From an uncultured Gemmatimonadota bacterium (lineage in GTDB: Bacteria; GCA-2686955), in the NCBI GenBank assembly GCA_964490075.1, contig CAZBBK010000004.1, positions 62,001 through 126,000 of the forward strand: a DNA stretch of 64,000 nucleotides, written 5' to 3'. The stretch's first letter is position 1. Each line of letters starts with the position of its first letter. Positions 21,079 through 30,301 of the stretch are shown here, in pieces. The translations under genes and the position numbers were made by a program. Under the pieces are notes generated by a model that worked only from the letters and a program-made list of their open reading frames with translations, made no database searches and was not told the origin of the DNA.

Positions 21079-22254
21079 TCAGGGCTCGATCACGGCGCTC
21101 AGGCGATTGGTGACAAAGCCGGTGTTGGCGTCGGCGTCGCACTGCACCACCGCCTGGACGTAGACAGTCTGGCCAGCCAGGCAGGGGTAGTCGGGGATCG
21201 TCAGCTCTACGCTGTAGTGATTCGATTCGGTCACCACGTCCTCGATGGCCATATCGCGGCTGTTCCAGTCGACGCGCAAGAGACCGTAGCCGACGACCTC
21301 GTGCTCGGCCTCCTGGCGACCGATGACGATGCAGAATGCATGGTCTCTGAAGTCGTGGAGGACCAGCGAGACTGTCGCGCCGACGCGCACTTCGCCGACC
21401 AGCTCGAGATAGGAGGGCTGCACCTTCCAGACCATGCCGCCTTCGGGCGAGGAGATGTGCATGGTGGCGCTGTCGGTGAAAGCGATTCCGACCGGATTGT
21501 CGTCGGGACCGACCGTGAAGCTGCCCCACTCGGTCACCGCACCGCTCTCGTCCACCTCGCGGATGTGCTTGGCCGCTCCGTCGACCACGAACATGTTGTC
21601 GCCGAAAGGCCCACCGCGGGCGAAGGCCATGCCGTGCACTCCGTCCAGGTCTTCGGTGAAGGTGGTGACCTGGCCCTCTTGCCAGCGGTAGATCTGGCTC
21701 TTGTAGTCGCCGAAGTAGATCGCGTCCGGCCCGGCCAGGACTGCGTCAGTGCCGTGCGGAGTGTGGCCGATCACCTCGCCACCGCAGTCCGGAGTGACGC
21801 GAAATACGGTGCCGTTGTTGTCGCCGACATAGACCGTGCCGGTGTCGTCGATGGCGATGCTGGAGAGATTTCCGAAGCAGCCGGCGAAGTAGGAGACGTC
21901 TCCGGAAGGGAAGTCGACTTCGGAGATCTTGGTGGCCCCGGCCACCAGCACGCGGCCCGCGGCGGTCGCGGCGATGCCGTCAGGATCGGGGATCGGGTCG
22001 GACGCCACCAGAGCGCCCTCGCGATCGGCGCGGTGCACCGGGCGCGAGCTCCAGTCGCCCAGGCCGGCGGCGATGTAGAGATAACCCGCGGCGTCGGCCG
22101 ACAGGGCGGTGGGGCGGTACATGCCCTCCAGGAAAAGCTCCGGATGGAATCCGCAGCGCGGGATCAGCTCGCCGGGCGCGGTGGTGCCCAGAACCCAGCA
22201 AAGGGCGGCGGCGAAGCAGCGAGCGGTCGTTCGGATATGAGCCTGGAACGGCAT
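21079..22254 (-). CDS. Secreted beta-propeller (NHL/SMP-30-like repeat) protein with C-terminal domain
   Basis: Signal-like N-terminus; repeats PDGIA..AAGRVLV, IAIDDTGTVYV, PVGIAF. Confidence 0.65.
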   Translation of the reverse strand: MPFQAHIRTTARCFAAALCWVLGTTAPGELIPRCGFHPELFLEGMYRPTALSADAAGYLYIAAGLGDWSSRPVHRADREGALVASDPIPDPDGIAATAAGRVLVAGATKISEVDFPSGDVSYFAGCFGNLSSIAIDDTGTVYVGDNNGTVFRVTPDCGGEVIGHTPHGTDAVLAGPDAIYFGDYKSQIYRWQEGQVTTFTEDLDGVHGMAFARGGPFGDNMFVVDGAAKHIREVDESGAVTEWGSFTVGPDDNPVGIAFTDSATMHISSPEGGMVWKVQPSYLELVGEVRVGATVSLVLHDFRDHAFCIVIGRQEAEHEVVGYGLLRVDWNSRDMAIEDVVTESNHYSVELTIPDYPCLAGQTVYVQAVVQCDADANTGFVTNRLSAVIEP

Positions 22255-22444
22255 GGTTGTCCCCCCAGGGCCGCGCGCTGTTTGCGATGGCGGCCCCGCG
22301 TCCAATCTATCGATCGGCCGGCTCCGGCGCAAGCGGTCCAATGCTGGCGCCTGGTCCATATCGGACTATTTTGATCGAGTATAGAGATGGACCTGCGCCG
22401 CGGGGTCGACCGATCGCTCCGCGGATTCCGAGACGGAACCGCCG

Positions 22445-23461
22445 ATGAGACTCGAACCAGTGCTGGCGAAAAACGGTTTCGGAGCGCGAATGGTGCCGGT
22501 GCCCCTGGGCCCGAGCCCGGCGCTCGGCCCCCGGAATGGCGTCCGACCGAACGCCATGGGAGAGAGGCTCGCGTCGCGGGTCGGCAACACGCCCCTGCTG
22601 CGGCTGGAATCGTTGAGCCGCGAGGTGGCGCCGGTGCAAATCCTGGCCAAGGCGGAGTGGTTCAACCCGGGCGGCTCGGTGAAGGACCGCGCTGCGCTCT
22701 CGATCATCGAGGACGCGCGGCGGCGCGGGCTGCTGGCGCGGGGAGGAACCCTGCTCGACGCCAGCTCCGGCAACACCGGCATCGCCTACGCATGGATCGG
22801 CGCGGCGCTCGGGTTGCGGGTCGAGCTGGCGATGCCGGCGAGCGCGACGCTGGAACGTAAGAAGATCTTGCGGGCGCTCGGCGTGGAGCTGATCCTGACC
22901 GACCCGGCGGAGGGCTCCGATGGGGCGATCCTGGAAGCGCGGCGGCGTCACCAGGCCGACCCGCAGCGCGCATACTATGCGGACCAGTACAGCAACCCGG
23001 CCAACTGGCGGGCCCACGAGCAGAGCACCGCGCCCGAGATCTACCGCCAGACCGCTGGAGCCGTCAGCCACTTCGTCGCCGGGCTCGGCACCAGCGGCAC
23101 CTTCGTCGGCACCGGGCGGGGGCTGCGGGCGCTCGATCCGGGCATCCGCCTGATCTCGGTGCAACCCGACATGCCCCTACACGGCATCGAGGGACTCAAA
23201 CACATGGAGAGCGCTATTCAGCCACCGATCTACGACCCCCACCTGGCCGACCAGAGCCGCCTGGTGACCACCGAAGATTCCTACCGGATGGTGCGGAGAC
23301 TGGCGCGCGACGAGGGGATCCTGGTCGGCGTGTCGGGCGCCGCGGCGGCGGCCTGCGCGCTCGAGGTCGCGCGCGAGCTGCGCGAGGGTGTGGTGGTGAC
23401 GGTCTTCCCCGATAGTGGGGAACGTTATCTGAGCGAGCCCTTCTGGGAGGAAGAGTCGTGA
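22445..23461 (+). CDS. PLP-dependent cysteine synthase family protein (CysM-like)
   Basis: GNTPL, NPGGSVKDR, SSGNTG, GTSGT, IEGL, PDSGERYLS; true start may be 22490 or 22556. Confidence 0.93.
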   Translation: MRLEPVLAKNGFGARMVPVPLGPSPALGPRNGVRPNAMGERLASRVGNTPLLRLESLSREVAPVQILAKAEWFNPGGSVKDRAALSIIEDARRRGLLARGGTLLDASSGNTGIAYAWIGAALGLRVELAMPASATLERKKILRALGVELILTDPAEGSDGAILEARRRHQADPQRAYYADQYSNPANWRAHEQSTAPEIYRQTAGAVSHFVAGLGTSGTFVGTGRGLRALDPGIRLISVQPDMPLHGIEGLKHMESAIQPPIYDPHLADQSRLVTTEDSYRMVRRLARDEGILVGVSGAAAAACALEVARELREGVVVTVFPDSGERYLSEPFWEEES

Positions 23462-23907
23462 TTCGCCTGCCCGAGCGCCTGCGCGACGAGATCCGCCACC
23501 ATGGCGAGCGGGCCTTTCCGCACGAATGCTGTGGCTTCCTGGTGGGTGAGGCCGAGGGTGAGGTGCGTACGATTCTAGAGGTCTGGCCCGCGACCAACGG
23601 CAGGGAGGACTCGCCGCGGAATCGTTATGTGGTCCCGCCACAGGAAATCGTGCGGGCCGAGATCGAATGCCGCAAGCGCGGCCTCGCGGTGGTCGGCTAC
23701 TACCATTCCCACCCCGACGCGCCCGCGGAACCGTCGCAATTCGATCGCCAGCACGCGTGGCCGGGATACAGCTACGTGATCGTGTCGGTGCGCGCCGGCG
23801 AGACCGCGGAGCTGTGCTGCTGGACGATCGCCGACCCGGAAGGCCCTTTCGTGGCCGAGGAGATCTCCACCGGTCCAAAGCAGACTGTGAAGTCGGCGGC
23901 TCGGTAG
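23458..23907 (+). CDS. JAB/JAMM (M67) metallopeptidase, Mec-like
   Basis: HECCG, YHSHP...PSQFD JAMM motif; GTGA overlap with the cysteine synthase. Confidence 0.92.
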   Translation: MIRLPERLRDEIRHHGERAFPHECCGFLVGEAEGEVRTILEVWPATNGREDSPRNRYVVPPQEIVRAEIECRKRGLAVVGYYHSHPDAPAEPSQFDRQHAWPGYSYVIVSVRAGETAELCCWTIADPEGPFVAEEISTGPKQTVKSAAR

Positions 23908-23929
23908 CTCCGAAGAGAGAGAAAAAGCG

Positions 23930-25345
23930 ATGCAAACCGAAATTTTGATTCCAACCCCCTTGCGTCGCTTCGCCGGCGACCGGGGGTCGGTAGAGGTCGA
24001 CGCGAGCACGGTCGGCGAGGCATTCGAGAAACTGGTGCAGGCGCACCCGGCGCTGCGTAATCACCTCTTCGGAGACCGTGGACAATTGCGCAGCTACGTG
24101 AATGTGTTCATCGGCGACGAGGAGATCCGCCATCTCGACGGGGATCGAACGCCGCTCAAGGAGGGCACGCCGGTGACCATCGTGCCGGCGATCGCCGGGG
24201 GCGCGCCGGTGCAACTCGAGCGCTCGGAGATCGCTCGCTACAGTCGCCACCTGATCTTGCCCGAGGTGGGGATGGAGGGGCAGCGACGGCTGAAAGGGGC
24301 GAGCGTGCTGCTGATCGGGACGGGGGGACTGGGATCGCCCTTGGCGATGTACCTGGCGGCCGCCGGCGTGGGTCGCATCGGCCTGGTCGACTTCGACGTG
24401 GTGGACCATTCCAACCTGCAGCGCCAGGTGATCCATGGCACCAAGGACGTGGGGCACCCCAAGCTGGCGTCGGCACGCGCCCGGATCCTGGACATCAACC
24501 CCGGAGCACGCGTCGATCTCTACGAGACGCGACTGGCATCGGACAACGCCGAGCGGATCATCGAGCCGTACGATCTGGTGATCGATGGCACCGACAATTT
24601 TCCTACCCGTTACCTGGTGAACGACGTTTGCGTGCTGCAAGACAAGCCGAACGTCTACGGCAGCATCTTCCGCTTCGAAGGGCAAGCGTCGGTTTTCTGG
24701 GCCAAAGAGGGGCCCTGCTATCGCTGTCTCTACCCGGATCCGCCGCCGCCCGGACTGGTGCCGAGCTGTGCCGAAGGAGGGGTGCTCGGCGTGCTGCCGG
24801 GGATCATCGGCACGATCCAGGCCACCGAGGGGATCAAGCTCTTGCTGGGTCGCGGCGAGCCTCTGATCGGGCGCTTGCTGCTCTTCGACGCCCTGGCGAT
24901 GCGTTTTCGCGAGCTGAAGCTGCGCAAGGATCCGGGCTGTCCGATCTGTGGGGACCGTCCGACCATCCACGCGCCGATCGACTACGAAGCGTTCTGCGGT
25001 CTGGAGGCGCCCGCGCTGCACCCCGAGGAGTGGGACGTGAGCCCGCGCGAGCTGAAGGCGCGGCTGGAGCGCGGCGACCGCCTGGTGCTGCTCGACGTCC
25101 GCTCGCCCCAGGAGTGGGAGATCTGTCGGCTGCCGGAGGCGCGGCTGCTGCCGGCGGACGATCTGCCCGGGCGCGTGCAGGAGCTCGACTCCGGCGACGA
25201 GATCGTCGTCTACTGCAAGGCGGGCATTCGCAGCGCACAGGCCGTGCGCTTCCTGAAAGACGCCGGATTCGCCCGCCCGCGCAACCTGCAGGGAGGGATC
25301 CTGGCCTGGGCCGACCAGGTCGACGGAAACGTGCCGAAGTACTGA
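23930..25345 (+). CDS. moeB: MoaD/ThiS/CysO-like sulfur carrier fused to MoeB/ThiF adenylyltransferase and rhodanese (MoeZ-like)
   Basis: IPTPLR...IVPAIAGG ubiquitin-like domain, then RYSRH, GTGGLG, SNLQRQ, CYRC, CAEGG, CPIC, rhodanese YCKAGIRS. Confidence 0.93.
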   Translation: MQTEILIPTPLRRFAGDRGSVEVDASTVGEAFEKLVQAHPALRNHLFGDRGQLRSYVNVFIGDEEIRHLDGDRTPLKEGTPVTIVPAIAGGAPVQLERSEIARYSRHLILPEVGMEGQRRLKGASVLLIGTGGLGSPLAMYLAAAGVGRIGLVDFDVVDHSNLQRQVIHGTKDVGHPKLASARARILDINPGARVDLYETRLASDNAERIIEPYDLVIDGTDNFPTRYLVNDVCVLQDKPNVYGSIFRFEGQASVFWAKEGPCYRCLYPDPPPPGLVPSCAEGGVLGVLPGIIGTIQATEGIKLLLGRGEPLIGRLLLFDALAMRFRELKLRKDPGCPICGDRPTIHAPIDYEAFCGLEAPALHPEEWDVSPRELKARLERGDRLVLLDVRSPQEWEICRLPEARLLPADDLPGRVQELDSGDEIVVYCKAGIRSAQAVRFLKDAGFARPRNLQGGILAWADQVDGNVPKY

Positions 25346-25361
25346 GGAGGAAAGGGGCTCC

Positions 25362-26747
25362 GTGGAGGACGAAGGAGGCCGGGAGGGCGACGCGTTGCGC
25401 GTGGTGCTCGCCTATCACGAGCGCAGCAAGCACCATCCCTCGCGCTACGCGCGATCGCTGGGCTTCATGGACTGGGCCAATCAGCCCGACCCCTTCCGCC
25501 GTTTCGAAGGCGCCCGGTTGGTGGCGCTGGCGCAGGGGCGCGATGATGATGGCCCGGGATACGACTCGCTCTTGGCGGCGGAGCGGAGGGTAGAGCCGGC
25601 GAGCCTGGATGCCGATTCGATCGCCCGGCTCTTCTTCGACAGCCTGGCGCTATCGGCCTGGAAGGCGGCGGGCGGCACGCGCTGGGCGTTGCGCGTCAAC
25701 CCGTCCAGCGGCAATCTGCACCCGACCGAGGGCTACCTGCTCTGCGGGCCGATCGAGGGCTTGTGCGAGCTGCCGGGCTTGTGGCACTACGCGCCTGAGC
25801 GGCACGGGCTCGAGCTTCGTCGCGAGCTCTCCGCCGATGCCTGGCGCGCGCTCCGCGCGGAATCGCCCTACGACCTCTTCGTCGCCCTCACCAGCATCCA
25901 CTGGCGCGAGGCCTGGAAGTACGGCGAGCGCGCGTATCGCTACTGCCAGCACGACGCGGGGCATGCGATCGGCGCCCTGGCACTCGGCTGCGCGATCCTC
26001 GGGTGGCGCTGTGAATTGGTCGAATCGTGCAGCGACCCGGGGACAACACCGGCCGGCGCCGAGCCGGCGCGCCGGATCGTCCGCCGGCGGCGCAGCGCGG
26101 TGCGGATGGACGGCAGGACCGCGCTCGGGCGACGCGCCTTCTACGGCATGCTCTCGCGCCTGATGCCTCTCGAGAGGCATCCGCTGTGGAGCGCCTGGCC
26201 CTGGCCCGCCTGTATCGACCTGGCGCTCTTCGTGCACCGGGTGAAAGGGTTGCCGAGCGGCCTCTACTGGTTGCAGCGCGGCGCACGCCCTCTCGACGAA
26301 ATGGCGGCGGAGATGCGCTCGAGCTTCGCCTGGACCCGGCCCGAGGATTGCCCGGATGATCTGCCGCTGCGCCTGCTCGAAGCGGGCGACGTACGCACCC
26401 TGGCCGCACAGATTCCCTGCCAGCAGACGATCGCCGGCGACGGTGTGTTCGCCGCCGCGATGATCGCCGATTTCGCGGGCTCGCTCGAGTCGCGCGGCGC
26501 CTGGTTCTATCGCCGACTCTTCTGGGAGACCGGGATGCTGGGGCAGCTGCTCTATCTCGAGGCCGAGGCCGCGGGCATCCGCGGCACCGGAATCGGCTGC
26601 TTCTTCGACGACGCGATGCACGAGAGCCTTGGGCTGCGGGGCAACGATCGACAGTCCCTCTACCACTTCACGGTCGGTGGGCCGATCGAGGACGAGAGGA
26701 TTCAGACTCTGGCGGCGTATGGGCACCTGGAAGATCGTGGGCGCTAA
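25362..26747 (+). CDS. SagB/ThcOx-type nitroreductase family protein (two domains)
   Basis: YHERSKH, LRVNPSSGNLHPTE, WKYGERAYRY, RRRRSA, LYLEAEA, GIGCFFD. Confidence 0.88.
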   Translation: MEDEGGREGDALRVVLAYHERSKHHPSRYARSLGFMDWANQPDPFRRFEGARLVALAQGRDDDGPGYDSLLAAERRVEPASLDADSIARLFFDSLALSAWKAAGGTRWALRVNPSSGNLHPTEGYLLCGPIEGLCELPGLWHYAPERHGLELRRELSADAWRALRAESPYDLFVALTSIHWREAWKYGERAYRYCQHDAGHAIGALALGCAILGWRCELVESCSDPGTTPAGAEPARRIVRRRRSAVRMDGRTALGRRAFYGMLSRLMPLERHPLWSAWPWPACIDLALFVHRVKGLPSGLYWLQRGARPLDEMAAEMRSSFAWTRPEDCPDDLPLRLLEAGDVRTLAAQIPCQQTIAGDGVFAAAMIADFAGSLESRGAWFYRRLFWETGMLGQLLYLEAEAAGIRGTGIGCFFDDAMHESLGLRGNDRQSLYHFTVGGPIEDERIQTLAAYGHLEDRGR

Positions 26748-26793
26748 TGCTGCTTCGTCGGAAGCGGCGGGTTGCCGCGGATCGGGCTGTCGG

Positions 26794-26850
26794 GCAGGCG
26801 TGGATTCCGGCTTTCGCCGGAATGACGGAAAAGGGGGAACCGGAATGACG
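26794..26850. repeat. REP-like palindromic repeat, copy 1 plus partial copy
   Basis: GCAGGCGTGGATTCCGGCTTTCGCCGGAATGACG at 26794-26827; CCGGAATGACG repeated at 26840-26850. Confidence 0.8.
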
Positions 26851-26855
26851 AGGGA

Positions 26856-28193
26856 TCACTTCATCAGCAGGACTTTCCTCGTGTCGAGCGTCGCGCCGGC
26901 GACGAGGCGGATTGAGTAGGTCCCGAAGGCGACATGATTCCAGAGGGGGGCGCGCCCCGGGCTGTAGTAGTAGAGGGAGCGAAGGGAGGTTTCGGGGTCG
27001 CGGGCGAGCGCGAGGAATTGATCGTTCGCGTCGGCGGGAGCGCCCACGGCGATGGTCTCGGAAGGGGGCTCGGGCGAGCCCGCTCCGCCGAGCCAGCGCT
27101 CGAAGGGAGAGATGCTCTCGTGCCCGCCGTGGCAGAAGAGGCCACGGAGACCCGACACGAAGGTCCGCGATGCACTGCGCCAATCGGCGAAGATGCAGCC
27201 TATCCAGACCGATTCGCCCCCCCCGCCTCACAACCGCTGAACCAGATCGAGTCGAACGCGGTCCAAGCGCCGCCGGGCTCCGCGGGGCGGAGGTGAAGCT
27301 CGAGCTCGTTCCGGCCGTTGTTGTGGACGACCAGGGGTCGAGTCGGGTCGCTCGGTGAAGGGAAGATGCCTTCGGCATTATCGCCGTAATTCCCGAAGTA
27401 CCAGGCGGGCCGGGTCCACGCCCAGGTGGCGCCGAAATCCTCGCTCCAGCCAACGCCTCGGTCCCGGTCCGCGACGACGATCCAACCGCTGGCCAGCCAT
27501 GCCGCGGCACAAGGTTGGAAAGGACCAATCCCCCCCACTCAGAGCTTCCCAACTGTCGCCAGCATCGACGCTGAAGAAGAGGCCGGACCATTTCAGCGCC
27601 AGCAGGTTTTCCGGTGCTCCCGGGCGCACTCCGACGTGGAGGATATGCTGCCCCTCGATCCCATCCGATGAGAGGCTCCAAGTGTCGTCACCGGCGGTAT
27701 CGGCGCGGAAGATGCCGTGTCTCGACGAGGCCAGTACGGTGCCGCCGCCCGCGAGGGTGGTCAGCGCGGGGTTGCCCAGGAGACCCCCGGGTCGGGGAAT
27801 CGCTCGCCAGGCGCGATCGGTGTCGCGGCGGTAGAGGGCTCCCCAGGATTCGGCGACGTAGAGGCGTCCGGTCGCGGCGTCGAAGCTCAGATCGGAGTAG
27901 GCGGCGAGTGACAGATCGCTGCGCCAGGTGTTGCCACCGTCCTCGACTTGGGTCGCGATCTCGGTGAAGGTCTCGCCGGCATCGGTGGAGCGCAGCAGGG
28001 TGCCGTCGCAAAGACCGACGAAGAGGCGTCCGCCCACCAGGACGATGTCGGGGTCGTGCGGTGAGCTCGCCAGCGCTCCGGGGCCGTCGCCGCCGCCGGG
28101 GCCGAGGGATTCCCAGGCCGGCAGGGTCGCGAGGGCGGTGGATGCGAACGATGCCAGGAGGCTGAGGGAGAGGAGGCGCTCTGGTGTAGCCAT
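26856..28193 (-). pseudogene. Secreted BNR/Asp-box (VPS10-like) propeller protein broken by two frameshifts at G tracts
   Basis: Signal peptide, WESLGP, RSTDAGETF, SVDAGDSW, SEDFGATW spread over three ORF pieces joined at G7 (27530-27536) and G8 (27217-27224). Confidence 0.7.
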
Positions 28194-28429
28194 CGCCAGA
28201 TCCCGTTTCGGTGCACTCCGGTGGACGCGGGGACTTGCTGCTGTTCATGGTAGCGCCTCGACGGGAGCGCTTCAGGCGTTCGGTGCGCAACCGACGATTC
28301 GAGCCCATTATGGGGATCATTGCGGGCCTCTGGCCGCAAGCGCCTCCCCCCCGCTTCCGGTGACGGGCTGGGGTGTGGCGGCTTCTTGTTCGAAATCGCG
28401 CCCCGCGAGACGCGGGAGGAAGCAGAGGC

Positions 28430-30301
28430 ATGAGAGCTAGATGGCACCGCCCCCTGATCGGGGGGGGCCTGGCGGTAGTGTTGGTCGCGGGGGGCAGTGG
28501 ATCCCTCGACTGGGTTCGCGGGCGGCAAGACGCCCCGGTCTTCGCCCGCATCGACCGCATGGAAGAGAGCTACCTCCAGCTCGCGAAAACGCTGAAGACG
28601 ACGCTCGACCGCAGCGCGCAGAACCTGCGTTTGCCGGATTTCGCGAGCCGATCGCTCTTTGCCGAGCGGGTCGAGGTGCGCGACCTGGGGGCTGTGTCGG
28701 AGCCGGTCGCGCTGGGCGCGGAGGGGATCCGGCAACGCGGCTGGGAGGGCGAGAGCGGCTCGCGACGGGTCGCGATCGAGGATCTCTCGCTCTGGGAATC
28801 GCTCTGGAGGGAGATCGACTACCTTGAACGGGCCAAGTTCTACATCCACATGGGCGGCTTCGCCGACGACTCGGAGCTGCGCTACCAGGCCGGGGTCGGC
28901 TTCGAGGGTCTGGCCTGGCTCTGGGAGCGGCGCTGGGCGCAGCTGCGGGGGCGGATCGATGTGATGCTGGAGCGCGACTCGCGCGCGGCGCGGGATTGGC
29001 GCATCACGCGCTGGGAGAGCCGCGAGCTGGAGTCGGTGGAGCACGGCAGCTTGCTCTTCAGCGAAGTGCTGGACAGGGCGCTGCCGGAGGCGGAGCAGCG
29101 GCGGCGGGCGCGGCGTTCTCTGCACCAAGAGCTGGTGCTCGATTTCTTTCGCGAACCCGACTTCGAGGCGCCCAACGAGTTCTTCACCTTGCAGGCCTTC
29201 GATCGCCATCCGGGGCTGGCGGTCAACGACTTCGACGGCGATGGTGACGACGATCTTTACGCGGTCACGCGCTGGGGCAGGGCGCAGCTCTTTCGGCAGC
29301 AAGACGACGGTCGCTTCCACGAGGCGGCGGGCGAGGCCGGCATCGACCTGGAGGGGCATGCGTCGAGCGCGATCTTCGCCGACTTCGACAATGACGGCGA
29401 TGCCGATCTTTTCGTCGGGCGGACGCTGGAGCCGAGTCGCTACTTCGTCAACGAGGGGGGGGTGTTCGAGGACCGCAGCGCGGATCTGCCGGAGGGAGCG
29501 CTGCCTTTCCTGGTGTCGTCGGTCAACGCGGTCGACTACGACGGAGACGGTCTGCTCGATGTCTACTTCTCGACCTACGCCGCAGCCATGGCCCACCGCC
29601 GCTACTGGACACACCATTACCACGGCGGCGACGACCAGATCCTGCCGGAGTTTCTTTCGCGGGCCGAAAATCTGGAGCTGAGCCGGCGTTTCGCCGGTGA
29701 GTGGCACGACTATCAGAACCGCGTCGGACCGCCGAACGTGCTGCTGCACAACCGGGGGCGGCGGCGTTTCGAGCGGGTTCGAGTCCCCGCGTTGGAGATC
29801 TGGCGCAACAGCTACCAGACCACCTGGGCCGACTTCGACGGCGACGGCGACGCCGACTGTTATGTGGCCAACGATTTCGCCAAGAACCACATGCTGCGCA
29901 ACGAAGGCGAGGGCGTCTTCGTCGACGTCACCGAGCCGACCGGCACCGCCGACATCGGTTTCGGGATGGGCGCCGCCTGGGGCGACTACGACAACGATGG
30001 AGACGACGATCTGTACGTCACCAACATGTTCAGCAAGGCGGGACAGCGCATCGTCTCGCATCTTCCCGAGATCGACCCCAGCTTCGCCAACATGGCCCGC
30101 GGCAACACTCTGTTTCGCAACGATTCGGATCGTTTCAAGGCGGTCTCGGGGCTGGCGCCGCCGGCGCTGACGGTGGAGCGAGCCGGCTGGGCCTGGGGGG
30201 GGCAATTCTTCGATGCCGACAACGATGGCTGTCTCGACCTCTACTCGCTCTCCGGCTTCTACACCGCGCCCGACGAGGTGGCGATCCCGGTCGATACCTG
30301 A
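28430..30301 (+). CDS. FG-GAP/VCBS-repeat (CRTAC1-like) exported protein, N-terminal part; probably reads through its TGA into the next ORF
   Basis: N-terminal hydrophobic segment; repeated DFDGDGDxDL/DYDNDG motifs; GWAWGGQFFDADNDG; ends IPVDT-TGA. Confidence 0.9.
   Translation: MRARWHRPLIGGGLAVVLVAGGSGSLDWVRGRQDAPVFARIDRMEESYLQLAKTLKTTLDRSAQNLRLPDFASRSLFAERVEVRDLGAVSEPVALGAEGIRQRGWEGESGSRRVAIEDLSLWESLWREIDYLERAKFYIHMGGFADDSELRYQAGVGFEGLAWLWERRWAQLRGRIDVMLERDSRAARDWRITRWESRELESVEHGSLLFSEVLDRALPEAEQRRRARRSLHQELVLDFFREPDFEAPNEFFTLQAFDRHPGLAVNDFDGDGDDDLYAVTRWGRAQLFRQQDDGRFHEAAGEAGIDLEGHASSAIFADFDNDGDADLFVGRTLEPSRYFVNEGGVFEDRSADLPEGALPFLVSSVNAVDYDGDGLLDVYFSTYAAAMAHRRYWTHHYHGGDDQILPEFLSRAENLELSRRFAGEWHDYQNRVGPPNVLLHNRGRRRFERVRVPALEIWRNSYQTTWADFDGDGDADCYVANDFAKNHMLRNEGEGVFVDVTEPTGTADIGFGMGAAWGDYDNDGDDDLYVTNMFSKAGQRIVSHLPEIDPSFANMARGNTLFRNDSDRFKAVSGLAPPALTVERAGWAWGGQFFDADNDGCLDLYSLSGFYTAPDEVAIPVDT

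Noticed and set aside
25362-26747. SagB-like dehydrogenase plus ThiF as a thiazole/oxazole RiPP cluster
   Set aside because: No YcaO or precursor peptide seen; the ThiF domain is a standard MoeB-rhodanese
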